From NCBI GenBank assembly GCA_937911295.1, contig CALDQE010000073.1:22352-86351 (forward strand): DNA of 64,000 nt, given 5' to 3'. This document shows positions 38,510 through 50,500 of the stretch, in pieces (the stretch's first letter is position 1; each line of letters begins with the position of its first letter). The notes under the pieces are model-generated. The model made no database searches. It saw nothing but the letters and a program-made list of their open reading frames with translations, and had not been told where the DNA came from. The position numbers were made by a program, and so were the translations under genes. This DNA comes from an uncultured Verrucomicrobiota bacterium. GTDB lineage: Bacteria > Verrucomicrobiota > Kiritimatiellia > RFP12 > UBA3636.

Positions 38510-39650
38510 AGCAATATTTTCTAATGAAAGGAGACATATTGTCGCCCAAAATATCAATAATCTTCATTTCACGCTTTGCGTTTTCTGGAGAGTCCGAAGC
38601 GTGAGCTGCATTTACCATAATATTTGTACCAAACTCGCGGCGAACAGAGCCTGGGCGAGCCTTGTTAGGATCTGTTGCACCTAGAATATCACGAATCTTT
38701 GATACTGCATTCTCACCCTCATAAATCAAGCCTAGGCACTCAGCACCAGCACGTAAGTGCTTCTCCTTCTCTGGAACTACAGAAGGACGATAAGCAGTCA
38801 TAAACTCTACAATATCCTCAAATTGTGTTTGTGCAAAGGTTGGAGCAATCTGCTCGCAGAGAGATTTTGCAGCTTCTTCTGGAACAGGGAAGCCAAGCTC
38901 TGCACTAACTGCTTTTGCCACTCTGCCAGCACCAAATAGAGGGAATTTTTCGGTTAGTGAATCAACTACTGGTCCATAAAATTCTTCTGCTTGAGCAACT
39001 GTCATAGAGAACTTCTTAATTGCAACAATGCGCAAGCCAGAGGATGAAAGCAAGTCAATGATATTACCAGCACGTAGAGATGGGCGCTGGAAGTTATCTG
39101 GCTTAAGCATAACAAGTGTACGCTCTTGATTGTGTGTATTGATTAGACCAGAGTCTGTAGCAATATGATCTGCAATCAAGCGAAGTGTCCTATGAACAAA
39201 TTCCTTTGTTGGACCAACCAAAACTGCTGGCTCAAAATATGTTACATTCCCATTTTCATCGGTAATGTAGTCACCAAAGGTTTCACGAACAGTTTGACCG
39301 CAACCCCAGCGAAGTGTCACAGAGCCAGTACACTCCCAAATCTTTTTAATTGCATCCTCTCCCTCAAATAGTAGTAGCATACAGCGGTGAGGACGACCAG
39401 TTGGCTTATTAGGAGCATACTCCTTCATCACATAATCAGCGATAAGCTGATTGATTTTCTCTTCGCCTTCAGGTGCCTCGCGATCTAAAACACATTCTGC
39501 ATAGCCCTTTGCTAACTCCATGCTTGGACCAAACATGCGAGCAGAGACTAGACGCAAATCTGTTCTACTCAAATAACGAGCTATAACGCCGCCCAGACGT
39601 GATTTTCTAATTGTATAAGGATTAATTAGTACGTATGCTATTTCTTTCAT
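38502..39650 (-). CDS. ndk: Nucleoside diphosphate kinase with a duplicated domain: an N-terminal degenerate NDK-like domain plus a C-terminal catalytic NDK domain.
   Basis: Seen: ERTLVMLKPDNFQ and the active-site block NAAHASDS in the C-terminal half. The N-terminal half has an NDK-like start (IAYVLINPYTIRKSRLGG) but lacks the His motif. Confidence 0.6.
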   Translation of the reverse strand: MKEIAYVLINPYTIRKSRLGGVIARYLSRTDLRLVSARMFGPSMELAKGYAECVLDREAPEGEEKINQLIADYVMKEYAPNKPTGRPHRCMLLLFEGEDAIKKIWECTGSVTLRWGCGQTVRETFGDYITDENGNVTYFEPAVLVGPTKEFVHRTLRLIADHIATDSGLINTHNQERTLVMLKPDNFQRPSLRAGNIIDLLSSSGLRIVAIKKFSMTVAQAEEFYGPVVDSLTEKFPLFGAGRVAKAVSAELGFPVPEEAAKSLCEQIAPTFAQTQFEDIVEFMTAYRPSVVPEKEKHLRAGAECLGLIYEGENAVSKIRDILGATDPNKARPGSVRREFGTNIMVNAAHASDSPENAKREMKIIDILGDNMSPFIRKYCYE

Positions 39651-39679
39651 AAGGCTGCTTTCACTATATTAATTTAAAA

Positions 39680-41335
39680 TTAGCGTTTTTTATATTCCTT
39701 GATTATAGATAAGATTGACAATAATATCAACACTAATGATAACAAAAGAATGATAATTGCCAATACACCTAACAAAGCTCCGCTCTTTGTCATTACCTTT
39801 GCAGCAAATGAGCATAATCCACTTCCGCTTACTGCAAACATAAAAATCAAAGGAATAATAGCAATAATTGGGGTTGTTCTACGGCGAATTAGCCACAATG
39901 AAATCACTAGTAGAGTTATTGCTGCTAAAAGCTGATTTACAGAACCAAATAGTGGCCAAATATCATCTGCTGCACTTAAAGCCAATAAAAGACTGCAAAT
40001 AACTACAATTGCTGTGGCAACGTACATATTTTGAAATATAGAAGCAACAAAAGATGTCTTTGGCTTTGCTTCTACATCAGCAGTAGTTGAATTTTTTGCT
40101 ATAAAGAGCTCTTGGAACATGAATCGAGCCAATCGTGTGGCAGTGTCCAATGATGTCAAAAGGAAGGCTGAAACAGACATTGCCACAAAGATATTGCCAT
40201 AAGCATGTGGGATGCCGAGTTTTTCTCCAAAGGTTGCCAAGCCAGCAGCAAAACGCACCGGTGCACTGCCTTCTCCTGAAGCAATGTAAGCAACAGATAT
40301 TAAAGCGACTACTCCCAAAACGCCCTCAACAAGCATTGCTCCATAGCCAACTGGTTGAATATCCTTTTCGTTTGCAAGCTGCTTTGCACTTGTTCCTGAT
40401 GCCACAAGTGAATGGAAACCAGAGCAAGCACCACATGCTACTGTAATAAATAAAATTGGGAATAAACCTTGACCCTTTGCATTTGTGAAGCTTGTGTAGG
40501 CTGCTGTTTGAAGCTCTGGGTTGTAGAAGCAAATCCCTATCAAACCAAAGAAAAGCATTACATAGAGAAGATAAGAACTTAGATAATCGCGAGGCTGCAA
40601 AAGTAACCATACAGGAAGTGTAGATGCCGCTGCTGCATAAAGCATCAAAATTATCATCCAAACAAAATATTCTGTAGATTCACCTAATTTAAGTAATTGA
40701 CCAATATCTAATGGAATTATTTGCCCAACATAAATGAAAGAAAATGCTATTGGAACAAATATTAGAGAAGCCAACAAAAGAGAAACGCCTTTTTTGTAAA
40801 CAAGTGTTCCAAAAATTGGGGAAATTGCAATAAAAAGTATTGAGGCTGTTGCAACTGCGGGATTTGCTATAAAGCCCTTTGCCACCATATCGGCAAAAAC
40901 AGCTACAACAAGAATAAGCGTTGCTAAGCAAAAAACGATAAAGAGTTGTCTGCCCCAGAAGCCGATATACTCTTCAATAATCGAAGCAATGCTCTTTCCT
41001 TGATGGCGAACGCTTAGCACCATTGCCGCCATATCATGCATTGCTCCTACAAAAATGCAGCCAATAAGAAGCCACAATAAAACAGGAACCCAGCCAAACT
41101 CAACCGCAAGAATAGGACCCACAATTGGCCCCGCTCCAGCAATACTTGCGAAATGATGTCCAAAAAGAACAAAAGGCTTTGCAGGAACATAATCTACACC
41201 ATCATACATAGTATGGGCAGGAGTCTTTCTTTTCTCATCAAGCTTAAAAAGCCTACGTAAAAAGCCACCATACAACCAATAACCAAGCCCGTAAATTACT
41301 AATGAGCCTAATAGCACTAATAGTCCGCTTCGCAT
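39680..41335 (-). CDS. cstA: Carbon starvation protein A (peptide/pyruvate transporter family).
   Basis: Seen: CstA N-terminal conserved region (GPIVGPILA...GW.P.LLW...G...GA.HD). ~16 TM. 551 aa. Confidence 0.85.
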   Translation of the reverse strand: MRSGLLVLLGSLVIYGLGYWLYGGFLRRLFKLDEKRKTPAHTMYDGVDYVPAKPFVLFGHHFASIAGAGPIVGPILAVEFGWVPVLLWLLIGCIFVGAMHDMAAMVLSVRHQGKSIASIIEEYIGFWGRQLFIVFCLATLILVVAVFADMVAKGFIANPAVATASILFIAISPIFGTLVYKKGVSLLLASLIFVPIAFSFIYVGQIIPLDIGQLLKLGESTEYFVWMIILMLYAAAASTLPVWLLLQPRDYLSSYLLYVMLFFGLIGICFYNPELQTAAYTSFTNAKGQGLFPILFITVACGACSGFHSLVASGTSAKQLANEKDIQPVGYGAMLVEGVLGVVALISVAYIASGEGSAPVRFAAGLATFGEKLGIPHAYGNIFVAMSVSAFLLTSLDTATRLARFMFQELFIAKNSTTADVEAKPKTSFVASIFQNMYVATAIVVICSLLLALSAADDIWPLFGSVNQLLAAITLLVISLWLIRRRTTPIIAIIPLIFMFAVSGSGLCSFAAKVMTKSGALLGVLAIIILLLSLVLILLSILSIIKEYKKR

Positions 41336-41476
41336 ATTCCTTACTCCAAAAGCGCCAGAGCCATTTTTGCCCTATTTTAGGCAAAAATTTCACATAGCGC
41401 TTTAGTTTTGATAAATATAGCGGTCATTCTTTTTAAGAAAAACCGCTATATTTTATTTAAGCCATTATTTTTAAGC

Positions 41477-42226
41477 TTATTCCTCAGCTTGAGCCATTAG
41501 CTCATCTGAAATATCTGCATCGTGATAAACGTTCTGAACGTCATCATTATCCTCTAATGCATCGATAAACTTTAGAAGCTGCTTAACCTTCTGAAGCTCT
41601 GTAACCTCCTTAGTTACCATAGGTAGATATACAACCTCTGAGCTTACTGTTGCAATACCAGCTGCTTCGATTGCAGAAGCAACATCCTGGTAAGCAGAAG
41701 GTGAAGTTAGAACTTCATAACCATCATCATCAGATGTCATATCATCTGCACCAGCCTCAAGAACGATCTCCATAAGAGCATCCTCTTCTGCTGCTGCTTT
41801 CTCAATAATGATCTGACCACGACGCTCGAAGTTACGAGAAACTGAACCACGTGTTGCGAACTCAGAACCATTGCGCTTAAAGATGTGACCAACCTCAGCT
41901 GCAGCACGATTCTTATTATCTGTTAGAACATTAACAACTAGACCGATACCGCCAGCTGCATAGCCCTCATAAGTAATCTCCTCGTATGCCTCAGAAGCAA
42001 GCTCACCTGTACCCTTCTTGATAGCCTTCTCGATATTATCGTTAGGCATATTGATGCTCTTCGCCTTCTGAATAATTGTGCGAAGTGATGGGTTCATTGA
42101 AGGATCGCCACCAGACTTAGCAGCAATCATAATTTCCTTAGCAAGCTTACTGAACATCTTGCCGCGCTTTGCGTCAGCTGCGCCCTTCTTATGCTTAATT
42201 GTAGCCCATTTACTATGACCACTCAT
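41477..42226 (-). CDS. yebC: YebC/PmpR-family transcriptional regulator.
   Basis: Seen: MSGHSKWATIKHKKG N-terminus, diagnostic of the family. Confidence 0.85.
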   Translation of the reverse strand: MSGHSKWATIKHKKGAADAKRGKMFSKLAKEIMIAAKSGGDPSMNPSLRTIIQKAKSINMPNDNIEKAIKKGTGELASEAYEEITYEGYAAGGIGLVVNVLTDNKNRAAAEVGHIFKRNGSEFATRGSVSRNFERRGQIIIEKAAAEEDALMEIVLEAGADDMTSDDDGYEVLTSPSAYQDVASAIEAAGIATVSSEVVYLPMVTKEVTELQKVKQLLKFIDALEDNDDVQNVYHDADISDELMAQAEE

Positions 42227-42343
42227 CTCTATCTCTCCGTTTTTATCATAGACGAAAAAGTTTTATCGCCTAATTACTATTCTTACCTAATGTTAAAAAT
42301 CCTTAAAGCAAAAGCTTTTCGAATTTACCTTCTAAAATTCATT

Positions 42344-43264
42344 TTACCCTATGGCTTGATTGGCACCACCAGGCTGCATATTGCAGCCCAATAGCTCCTC
42401 TGGAGCAGGAGTATCAAACTCTTGAATCCAGCCATTTTCAAAGCCTAGGCTTTCTGCACAATCAACCACTCTCGCATACTCGTCCTTCTTAAGCTTTCGA
42501 TCCCAACCAGGGGTCTCAAGTGCCTTATATACAGGAGTGTATTGTGACATTACACTTATATAAGTATCAGTACCACAGGTGTTTGCCAGCCACTTTAAGC
42601 TTTCAATTGCTTCAGACTCCTTACCAGGAAGCACGAGTATGCGCACAATCATCCCTCGTGTGGCAATTCCATCATCATCAAAATCTAGCGGACCCACCTC
42701 ATTTCTGCACCACTCAATAAAGCTACGTGCCGCTTCTGGATAATTAGGTGCGTAAGAACCTAATTGAGCAACCTCACTTGTTGAGTAGCGCAAATCTGTA
42801 AGTACTATATTAAGCAAATCCCGGTAGTGTTTTACCACCTCAACTCGCTCATAACCACTTGTGTTGTAAACAAATGGGATACTTACTCCTTTTGCTCGCA
42901 CGCGTGCTGCAGCCTCTGCTATAAATGGAAGCCAGGGACCTGGTGTCACAAGATTCAAATTATGACATTTTCGCTCTTGTGCTAGCTCAAGAAATATCTT
43001 TTCAAGACCATCTGTTCCAAAAAGCTCACCCTCGCCACCCTTACTCCAAGGATAATTTTGACAATAGAGGCAACCAAGTGTGCAATGAGAGAAAAATACA
43101 GTTCCGGAGCCATTTTCGCCAGAAATTGGTGGCTCCTCACCCATATGTGGCCCCCAACGAAATATCTTTACTGTATCTCCAGCCCCACAAAAACCTAACT
43201 TACCATCAGTTCTTGCTGCATGACAAAGCCTAGGGCAAAGCTCACAATTAAATATTTCCTGCAT
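42344..43264 (-). CDS. Radical SAM protein of the PflX type (COG1313, pyruvate-formate-lyase-activase homologue).
   Basis: Seen: CTLGCLYCQN (C-x3-C-x2-C) plus N-terminal Cys-rich C..C.RLC...R.DG..G.CG. Confidence 0.6.
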   Translation of the reverse strand: MQEIFNCELCPRLCHAARTDGKLGFCGAGDTVKIFRWGPHMGEEPPISGENGSGTVFFSHCTLGCLYCQNYPWSKGGEGELFGTDGLEKIFLELAQERKCHNLNLVTPGPWLPFIAEAAARVRAKGVSIPFVYNTSGYERVEVVKHYRDLLNIVLTDLRYSTSEVAQLGSYAPNYPEAARSFIEWCRNEVGPLDFDDDGIATRGMIVRILVLPGKESEAIESLKWLANTCGTDTYISVMSQYTPVYKALETPGWDRKLKKDEYARVVDCAESLGFENGWIQEFDTPAPEELLGCNMQPGGANQAIG

Positions 43265-43570
43265 TCATCCGCCTTTTTGAACAAACTTCTATTAAAGAAT
43301 TTATGTATTATCCCATATTATCGCTCTTTAAGTCAACTATTTTAATAATAAAAATGGATTTATTAAACTAAATAAAGTAGTTGAATACGCAATTTAGGTT
43401 AAATCTTCAGCAAGAAATCTTTTTTATCGACTATAATCGATAGTAAATAAAAAAATTACTTTTTATCGACTATAATCGAAAAATTTAAGCGATTGTGACG
43501 GTTAAAAATTGTGCGATTTATTACTGTATTTTAAGATATTTCGGGGTAGACTGCTGCTTCACGATTTATT

Positions 43571-43616
43571 AAAAAACAAAAAAGGGTAAGCTTTTTAGAC
43601 TTACCCTCTTTTTTAT
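43571..43616. terminator. Bidirectional rho-independent terminator downstream of the lipoprotein/giant-protein transcript.
   Basis: Seen: A-rich run, AGGGTAAG-ctttttagac-CTTACCCT 8-bp stem, T6 run. Confidence 0.6.
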
Positions 43617-43636
43617 AATATAAGTTTTAATTAAAC

Positions 43637-44467
43637 TTATTCTGCAGAAACACTACCAGCTGTTGTACCACAGAAGCCATTTACATCATAAATTGATGCA
43701 CCAGCCGTCCATGTTGCATCTAGGCGATTCTGACCTGTGCGATCATCAAGTGTACCAACCATTGTATTGCCTGAACCAGATGCATTAAACTGTGCAGAAT
43801 ATGTTACTGAGCTTGCATTTGAATAAACACTAACTATTGTAATAGCACCGGTCATTGTTACACCATTAGATGTTGTAAACCTTAGGTTAGAACCAGCCTG
43901 GCTAACAGTAATTGCTAATACTGCACCACTACCAGAAATTACTGGTGCTGATGATGTATCTTGTGGAATATAAGTAACTGTTACCTTATCACCCTCTTTA
44001 CCCATACCTTTCTTGTAGCCACGAAGTGTAACTGTGTTGCCATCAACCTTTCCTGAACCAGCAATACCACTGCTACCAACCAAATTACCGCTACCGTCAT
44101 TTGTCCATGCTAACTGATTTCCGCCAACTGTTGCAGAAACAGCTACTGAACCAGGTGTTGGTGTAGATGGCAATGTAATAACTGTTGAAGAATTTGGCTG
44201 CCATACATCCTGTGAAATTGTTGTAGATGAACCAGTAGAAACAATAGGTGTTGATGAAGAAGAACTACCGTCCTTTGTTAATACAGCGCAACCGCCTCGT
44301 GCATCATTACGATAAGTACCTGAAAAATTCATTCCTGCAACTGTTTCGCCACCCTCACCATAGCTACCAGACCATGTTGGGTTACCATCAGAAGATGTCC
44401 ACTCACATCCTGCGAATAATGCTGCCACTGCTACTGCTACTGTAAAAGAAATTGCTTTAATTTTCAT
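43637..44467 (-). CDS. Ser/Thr/Gly-rich secreted lipoprotein, unknown function.
   Basis: Seen: signal peptide plus lipobox (LFAGC) and low-complexity S/T/G composition. Confidence 0.5.
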   Translation of the reverse strand: MKIKAISFTVAVAVAALFAGCEWTSSDGNPTWSGSYGEGGETVAGMNFSGTYRNDARGGCAVLTKDGSSSSSTPIVSTGSSTTISQDVWQPNSSTVITLPSTPTPGSVAVSATVGGNQLAWTNDGSGNLVGSSGIAGSGKVDGNTVTLRGYKKGMGKEGDKVTVTYIPQDTSSAPVISGSGAVLAITVSQAGSNLRFTTSNGVTMTGAITIVSVYSNASSVTYSAQFNASGSGNTMVGTLDDRTGQNRLDATWTAGASIYDVNGFCGTTAGSVSAE

Positions 44468-44587
44468 TTTTTCTCCAATTTGATTTTAAAATTATATCTT
44501 CTAGTATACTGAAATATGTGTTTTTTTTCAATCAGATTTTAATGTGGTCTTACCGAATTCTTTTCTGGTAAGACCACTAGCGTTAAT

Positions 44588-47500
44588 TTACTTACCAATT
44601 ACCTCTGAGGTTGAATTTGAGTGAATTACCTCAAACTCTTGGCAATCAACAGTTACATCAATCTTGAAGAAGCCTGTTGACCAATCATCAATTAGTGCCT
44701 CGTCTGGACGCATAATTGCTGTACCAGCCTCTAGCTTGCCATTGATTACCATTGGTGGAGCAACCTTCAATGTATCTACTACCTGCCAATCCTTTGCACC
44801 GAGCTCTGCTTTGTACTTTAGATAGTAGGTAATCTCATTACCAGCAACTACTGCTGGATATGGACACTGAACAAATGGCTTGCCATTCTCGTCAAACTCA
44901 ACTGCAAGTGTTGCATATGGAGTTGACTCATCAGCTGCCTTTGGATTGCTGCCTGATAGGAATTCCTCTAGGTCACTTACACCATCGCCGTCAGTATCCC
45001 AGCTATGTGTATTTGTGAAGGTTAGGTTAATCTCTGCTGCATCTGACAATCCATCACTATCGGTATCAACCATTGTTGGATCTGAGTCAAGAGCACCATC
45101 AGCATACTCCTGCCAAATATAGATACCATTACGGTAATCACGACCAGAGTACTTATTGATATCACCAAACATCTGGTATTCCCATGAATCTGGTAGAATA
45201 TCATTATCTGTATCCTTATCAAAGATTACGATATTTGCATTTAGAGCATCTGCACTACCATTTACTGTATTTGGTAGTACGATTGGCTCAATTGCTTCGT
45301 AAACAATTGGACCAGATAGAGGAGCACCTAATGTAGCAAAGCCCTCTGACTCCCATGTATCACAGAAACCATTATTGTTGCTATCAATGAATGCACGAAC
45401 TACATATTTGCCTCTAGACATACCAACTAATGAATATGTACCCTTAGTTGTTGCCTTCATACGTGCAGCCAATGTTCCACCAATACCATTTGCATGGTTA
45501 GATGATTCTGGAACAACATATGACTCTACAATAATTGGAGCCTTAGTAAAGCTCTTCTTATACATATTTAGTTTTGCACCAGCTGCAAGTGGCTGCTGCC
45601 AACGAATTTCAAACTTACCTGTGTCATAGTAAATCTTACCAAAACCAGGATTTTCATTTGAATCGCCCTTTAGCACTCCATCAGAGAAAGTATCGCGGAT
45701 TGTATCAATTACATCACCTGCTGCATTTACAACAGAGAATGAAATTGTTCCAGGATTGATAGCTCCGATTTCTCCACTAGCTACAAGTGAAGTACCATCA
45801 GCTGTCATAATATTGCTTGATGTACCTTCATTATGAACCTTACCAAAGTAAGTAATTGTGCCATTTACTGAGTAATTCATACGAGGTGTACCCTCATTAT
45901 TAACAGTAAATTCACCAGAAACTGACTGTGGCTTAATACCTGTACCATTAATATACTCTGTAATAGTATATGTATAGGTATCATCTGGAAGTAGGAAGAA
46001 CTTACCTTGTCCGCCCTCTAGCTGAGGGAAGGTTGAATAGTACATATCAACATCTTCTAAATCACCATGACGTACTGGTAATAGAATAACATCATTATAT
46101 ACTGTTGCTCCAGCACTATTCTTGATAACAATCTTAGCACCCTGATTGCGATGATCCATCTGCCACTTGAATTCAACAAGTGCACCATTCATCTCTTCAA
46201 CTGGAGCAATGATTGCCATCTTACGGCGATTATTTACACCTAGGTTCCACTCAAGCATACCTTCGTGTATCATTTCATCACCAGCCCATACTTCGTATTC
46301 AATAAATGGAGAAGTGCTTGTTCCAAATGGAATACCCTTTAGACCTGCATTAATAATATCACCCTCATGCAACCATGTACGTGGAGCACGAATCTTGATT
46401 GTATCACTATCACCTGTTGGGTTAATAATTACTACCTCATACTCATCAGCTGTTACTGTTGGAGCATTTGTAGAATCAACATTACCCCATGAAATACGAG
46501 GATAACCCCACAAATCATCAGTCATAGCAATCTCAACATTTGCACCATTTACACTGATTAGTGTTGGGCGCTGTGTTGATAGACCACATGGCTCACCTGC
46601 ATCATACTTATAGTCTGAATTCAAGTCCAAGAAACCAAAGAAACGGTTATTTCCAGAACGTAGGTGTCTACCCTCTGTCAATGCTGGCATTACATCAGAC
46701 TTAGTGAATGGGAAGGAATATGTATATGAGTAGTCAAGTGAAACAGTCTGACCTACCAAAATTCCTCCGATAGAACCATCAATAATTACACCAGAAACAT
46801 AATCAATATAGAAGTTTGTTCCTTCAAATTGACCCTGGTTTTCATTGATTGGAGATTCACCAACTGTTGTTAATACACCAGGAACTGGTATTCCTTCCTC
46901 ATTAACTGTTGGAGGTGTCATATATGTCAAACGTGCTGTACCAGCCTTAATCATTGTATTTGGAAGTACACCCTGACGATCCTCACCAACCTGAACAAGT
47001 ACGCTCAATAGGTTAGGTAAATCTGTCCATAGACCATCTAGTTTACCACCCATATCCTTACCAGCATGCTTTTCGCTGAAGGAATGAACTGTAATGCATG
47101 GTACATCCACAATATCTCCATTGTAATGGAATGTGAATGTAATATTTGGCATTGGGAAGGATAGAGTATCATTTGCTCTAGTACCAGCAATGTACTCCTC
47201 GATATTTGTCCAACCATCTGCATCCTTATCTTCATGAGCATCGAACTTATCTGCATCGAGACCATTATCCAATTCCCATGCTGATGGCATACCATCACCA
47301 TCATCATACATATCACCATAGGTTAGGCTCTGCTCTGTATCACGCTCAAAGTAATCAGAAATGCCATCACCATCTGTGTCTGCACTATTTGCAGAAGTAC
47401 CAGCTAGATATTCAGCATAGTTGTCTAGGCCATCACCATCCAAATCACCAAATGCACCGTCATCGCCATCTGCTGAATATGGATCCATACCCATTAGAAT

Positions 47501-50500
47501 TTCATAGTAATCTGGGATACCATCACCATCTGAATCAAGTGATGATACATCATAACCAACACCATTACCATCCCATAGCTCTGTATCAAAATCAGCTACT
47601 GCTCCACCTAGTGGAACCAAATCTGAGAAGAATGGAATTAATTCATAATTTCTAGATCCGTATAGAGAACCACTAAAGAAATCCAATGAAATTTCATATT
47701 GTGGCTCCAAGCCTGTACGATATACCTGAGCATATGGATTTGCTGAATTGTTAATCAATCTTGGATCAATTAGCTCATCAAGATTAATTTCTGATGGATC
47801 CACGATCTCTAGTTCATAAACAGCACCCATTGTTGCGTAAAGAACATAATCCTCTTCTTTACGAACTCTATAACCAAGCAATTTATATTCCTGATCAAAT
47901 ACTGCTAAGAAGCGGCGAGATGACAATGGTGGATATTGCGGAACATGAGCCGCTAGGTTTTCTGCAAGTGGTATATAGCCAAGATCTCCATCGTATACTG
48001 ATGACTTGACTAATGAACTTGCCCACCAAGGAATTTGATAGCCAGTAGGTACGCCCATACGCTCACCAATTCCTAGTGGAACCTGCTGGATATCTGTTGG
48101 ATATACAATAGAATCATCTTTACGTGTAGAATCAATAATTACATCAGGTAGATTATTGAAATTGTAGTAGTAAAGAAGCTTTTGTGGGAAATCTGCTATA
48201 GCTGTAGCATATGGGAATTTATTTTCCTCCTCCCATGCAAATCGAGCATGATTAATTGCATATACCTCATCAAGTGTAAAGCTCTTCTGATATGCTGCCT
48301 GAATTTCTGCTGCTGAACGAACACGGTCCCAAACGCGAACCTCGTCAATCCAACCATGGAAGAAATCTGATAGCACTGGCTCTGCCCAATTTGGTGCTAA
48401 TGCTCCTGCCATATAGTAAATTGGTGAAGTACCAATCTTACCATCTGGATTCTCTTCAGATGCACCAAGTACAATTGGTGCAGGATAGTAATCAAAACTA
48501 TCAAGATATGAGATAGAAGGTTGTGCAGAACCTACTGCATTTGTAACAACCAAATCCTGAGTTCCAGGGAAGTAACCGGTGCATGGCTTTAAGTCACAAG
48601 CAACTGTCTTGATTAGTGCACCATTTAGATATAGGTTAAACTTATTGTTAACTGAATCTAATGATACTGCTACATGATACCATGTATCCTTAGCAATTAA
48701 GCCATTCTCTATAGAAGTTTCAGTAGAGAATGTTGCCATTGCATCATTCTGGAATTCAGCACGTATTGTTCCTTCTGGTGTTAGCTGAATGCGGAAGGTA
48801 CGGCGAATTGCTGTCTCAATTGTACCAGTCTGGTCATCAATTGGCATACGAACTGGGCGCTCGATAAGTGTCTGATCCTTACCAGAAGCTGGATTTTCAG
48901 ACTTAAACCATAGCTCTACAGTGTATGCTGCCATAGCCCATTTATCATGGAAGAATGGAATACGTGTGCGCATTGCAGAATCAATACCATCAAGGTAAAT
49001 TGCCTTACGGGAGTGAGGATCTGTTGGATCCTTATTATCTGACAATCCACGTAGGTCTGTTGTTAAGCATTCCTCACGATCATTGATATTATCATTATCT
49101 GTATCAAGACCCTCATTTATTTCAAAATCCCATATATATTGTGGTGCTACAAATGATGGCTGTGGTGCTTCTTCTGCATTTGCCGCATACTTTGCTAACC
49201 ATGGCCAAAATGATAGCTCTGGCAACAAATTATTAGGGAATGCTGGATGCTCTTTGTCTGGTAGAATAGTTGTATATTCACCATAAGCATAGTAAAGATT
49301 TACATGGCTTTGATTGTAAGAAGTATCCGTAATCCAATATGGTGTTGGATCTGTATCAGGATAGATATCCTGACCATATACCTCAATTGATTCCTCACGG
49401 TTATTCAATCCATCTTGATCAACATCAGCATATGGAGAGCCAATGCTCCATGGCTTTGTTTCTGATAGGTATGGATATGAATAACTAGCTATTGGAATCA
49501 TTGTTCCATAGAAGAAACGACCAAATGGATCACTCTTACCCCAAATTGGATTCAAACCATGGAATATCTCCCAGTAATCATCCATACCATCACCATCAGA
49601 ATCTGGTGACATAGGATCTGTTGTTGTCAATACTGTATGGAAATATAATGGTTTTGGAGCAATCTCCTTATCAATCAAAAATGCAGGATCCCAATTATAT
49701 GGATTCTGACCATAACAACGCTGTAGCTCGTTAATTGAATGAGTTAATCCCTCACCAAAATCTGGATTTGAGCTACCATAATGCTTTGAATATACATAAT
49801 AATAAACCAAACCAAAATCTGGAATTGGGAAAATTTCTAGAAGAGCTGATATTACAACTAACTCATCATTGAATGTCTTAATTGTGATATCTGGATTTGC
49901 AGCTACAAATTCAGTATAGAATTGCTCATAAATATCTCCATAAGCTGCTGCTGCTGACATAGCCAATACCGGATCAACTCTTGGGCGAATAATATCAAAT
50001 GCATAACGATCGCCATATCCAAACCATTCTAGATTATCTGGATTAAAGAATGGGTCTGTTAGCATATCAAGATGATTCTTAGCAATCATAAGCTGTGGCT
50101 GCCAAGCATAGTTAGCACCAGTTAGATATTCCTGGTAGTTTGCAAGACCATCACAATCAGGGTCACCATATGGCCCACCCTGACCCATTGGATCATATCC
50201 AAATTTGTTTAGACCATAGATAACCTCCCAGCCATCTGGTAGATTATCAAGATCTGTATCAACACTGTTTGGATCATAGTTTGTTATTTCTGTTGCACCC
50301 TCTTCACCAAACTCTAAACCATCCATCAATCCATCATAATCACTATCTGGATTCCATGGATTTGTTGAACTTGTACGCTCAGTCCAGCCCTTAGAAACGT
50401 CTGGAGTATAGATAACTACTGTATTGGCTGCTGTGCCGATTAGATTATTACGTGCATCGTAAACATCTGTTACTTCAACAACTGCCGTTGGTGAATTACC

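Noticed and set aside
41345-41455. Two hairpins (TTTTTGCC...GGCAAAAA and TATAGCGGT...ACCGCTATA) between the cstA start and yebC stop as terminators
   Set aside because: The stems are AU-rich or lack a clear flanking U-run on the transcribed (minus) strand. They may be weak terminators or processing sites, but there is not enough support to list either as a feature.
47206-47655. 149-aa plus-strand ORF extremely rich in His (HHHHH, HLH runs) inside the giant gene
   Set aside because: It is antisense to the Asp-rich calcium-binding repeats, so GAT/GAC codons read as ATC/GTC and CAT/CAC. It has no RBS or coding context, and is an artefact of the repetitive opposite-strand coding sequence.
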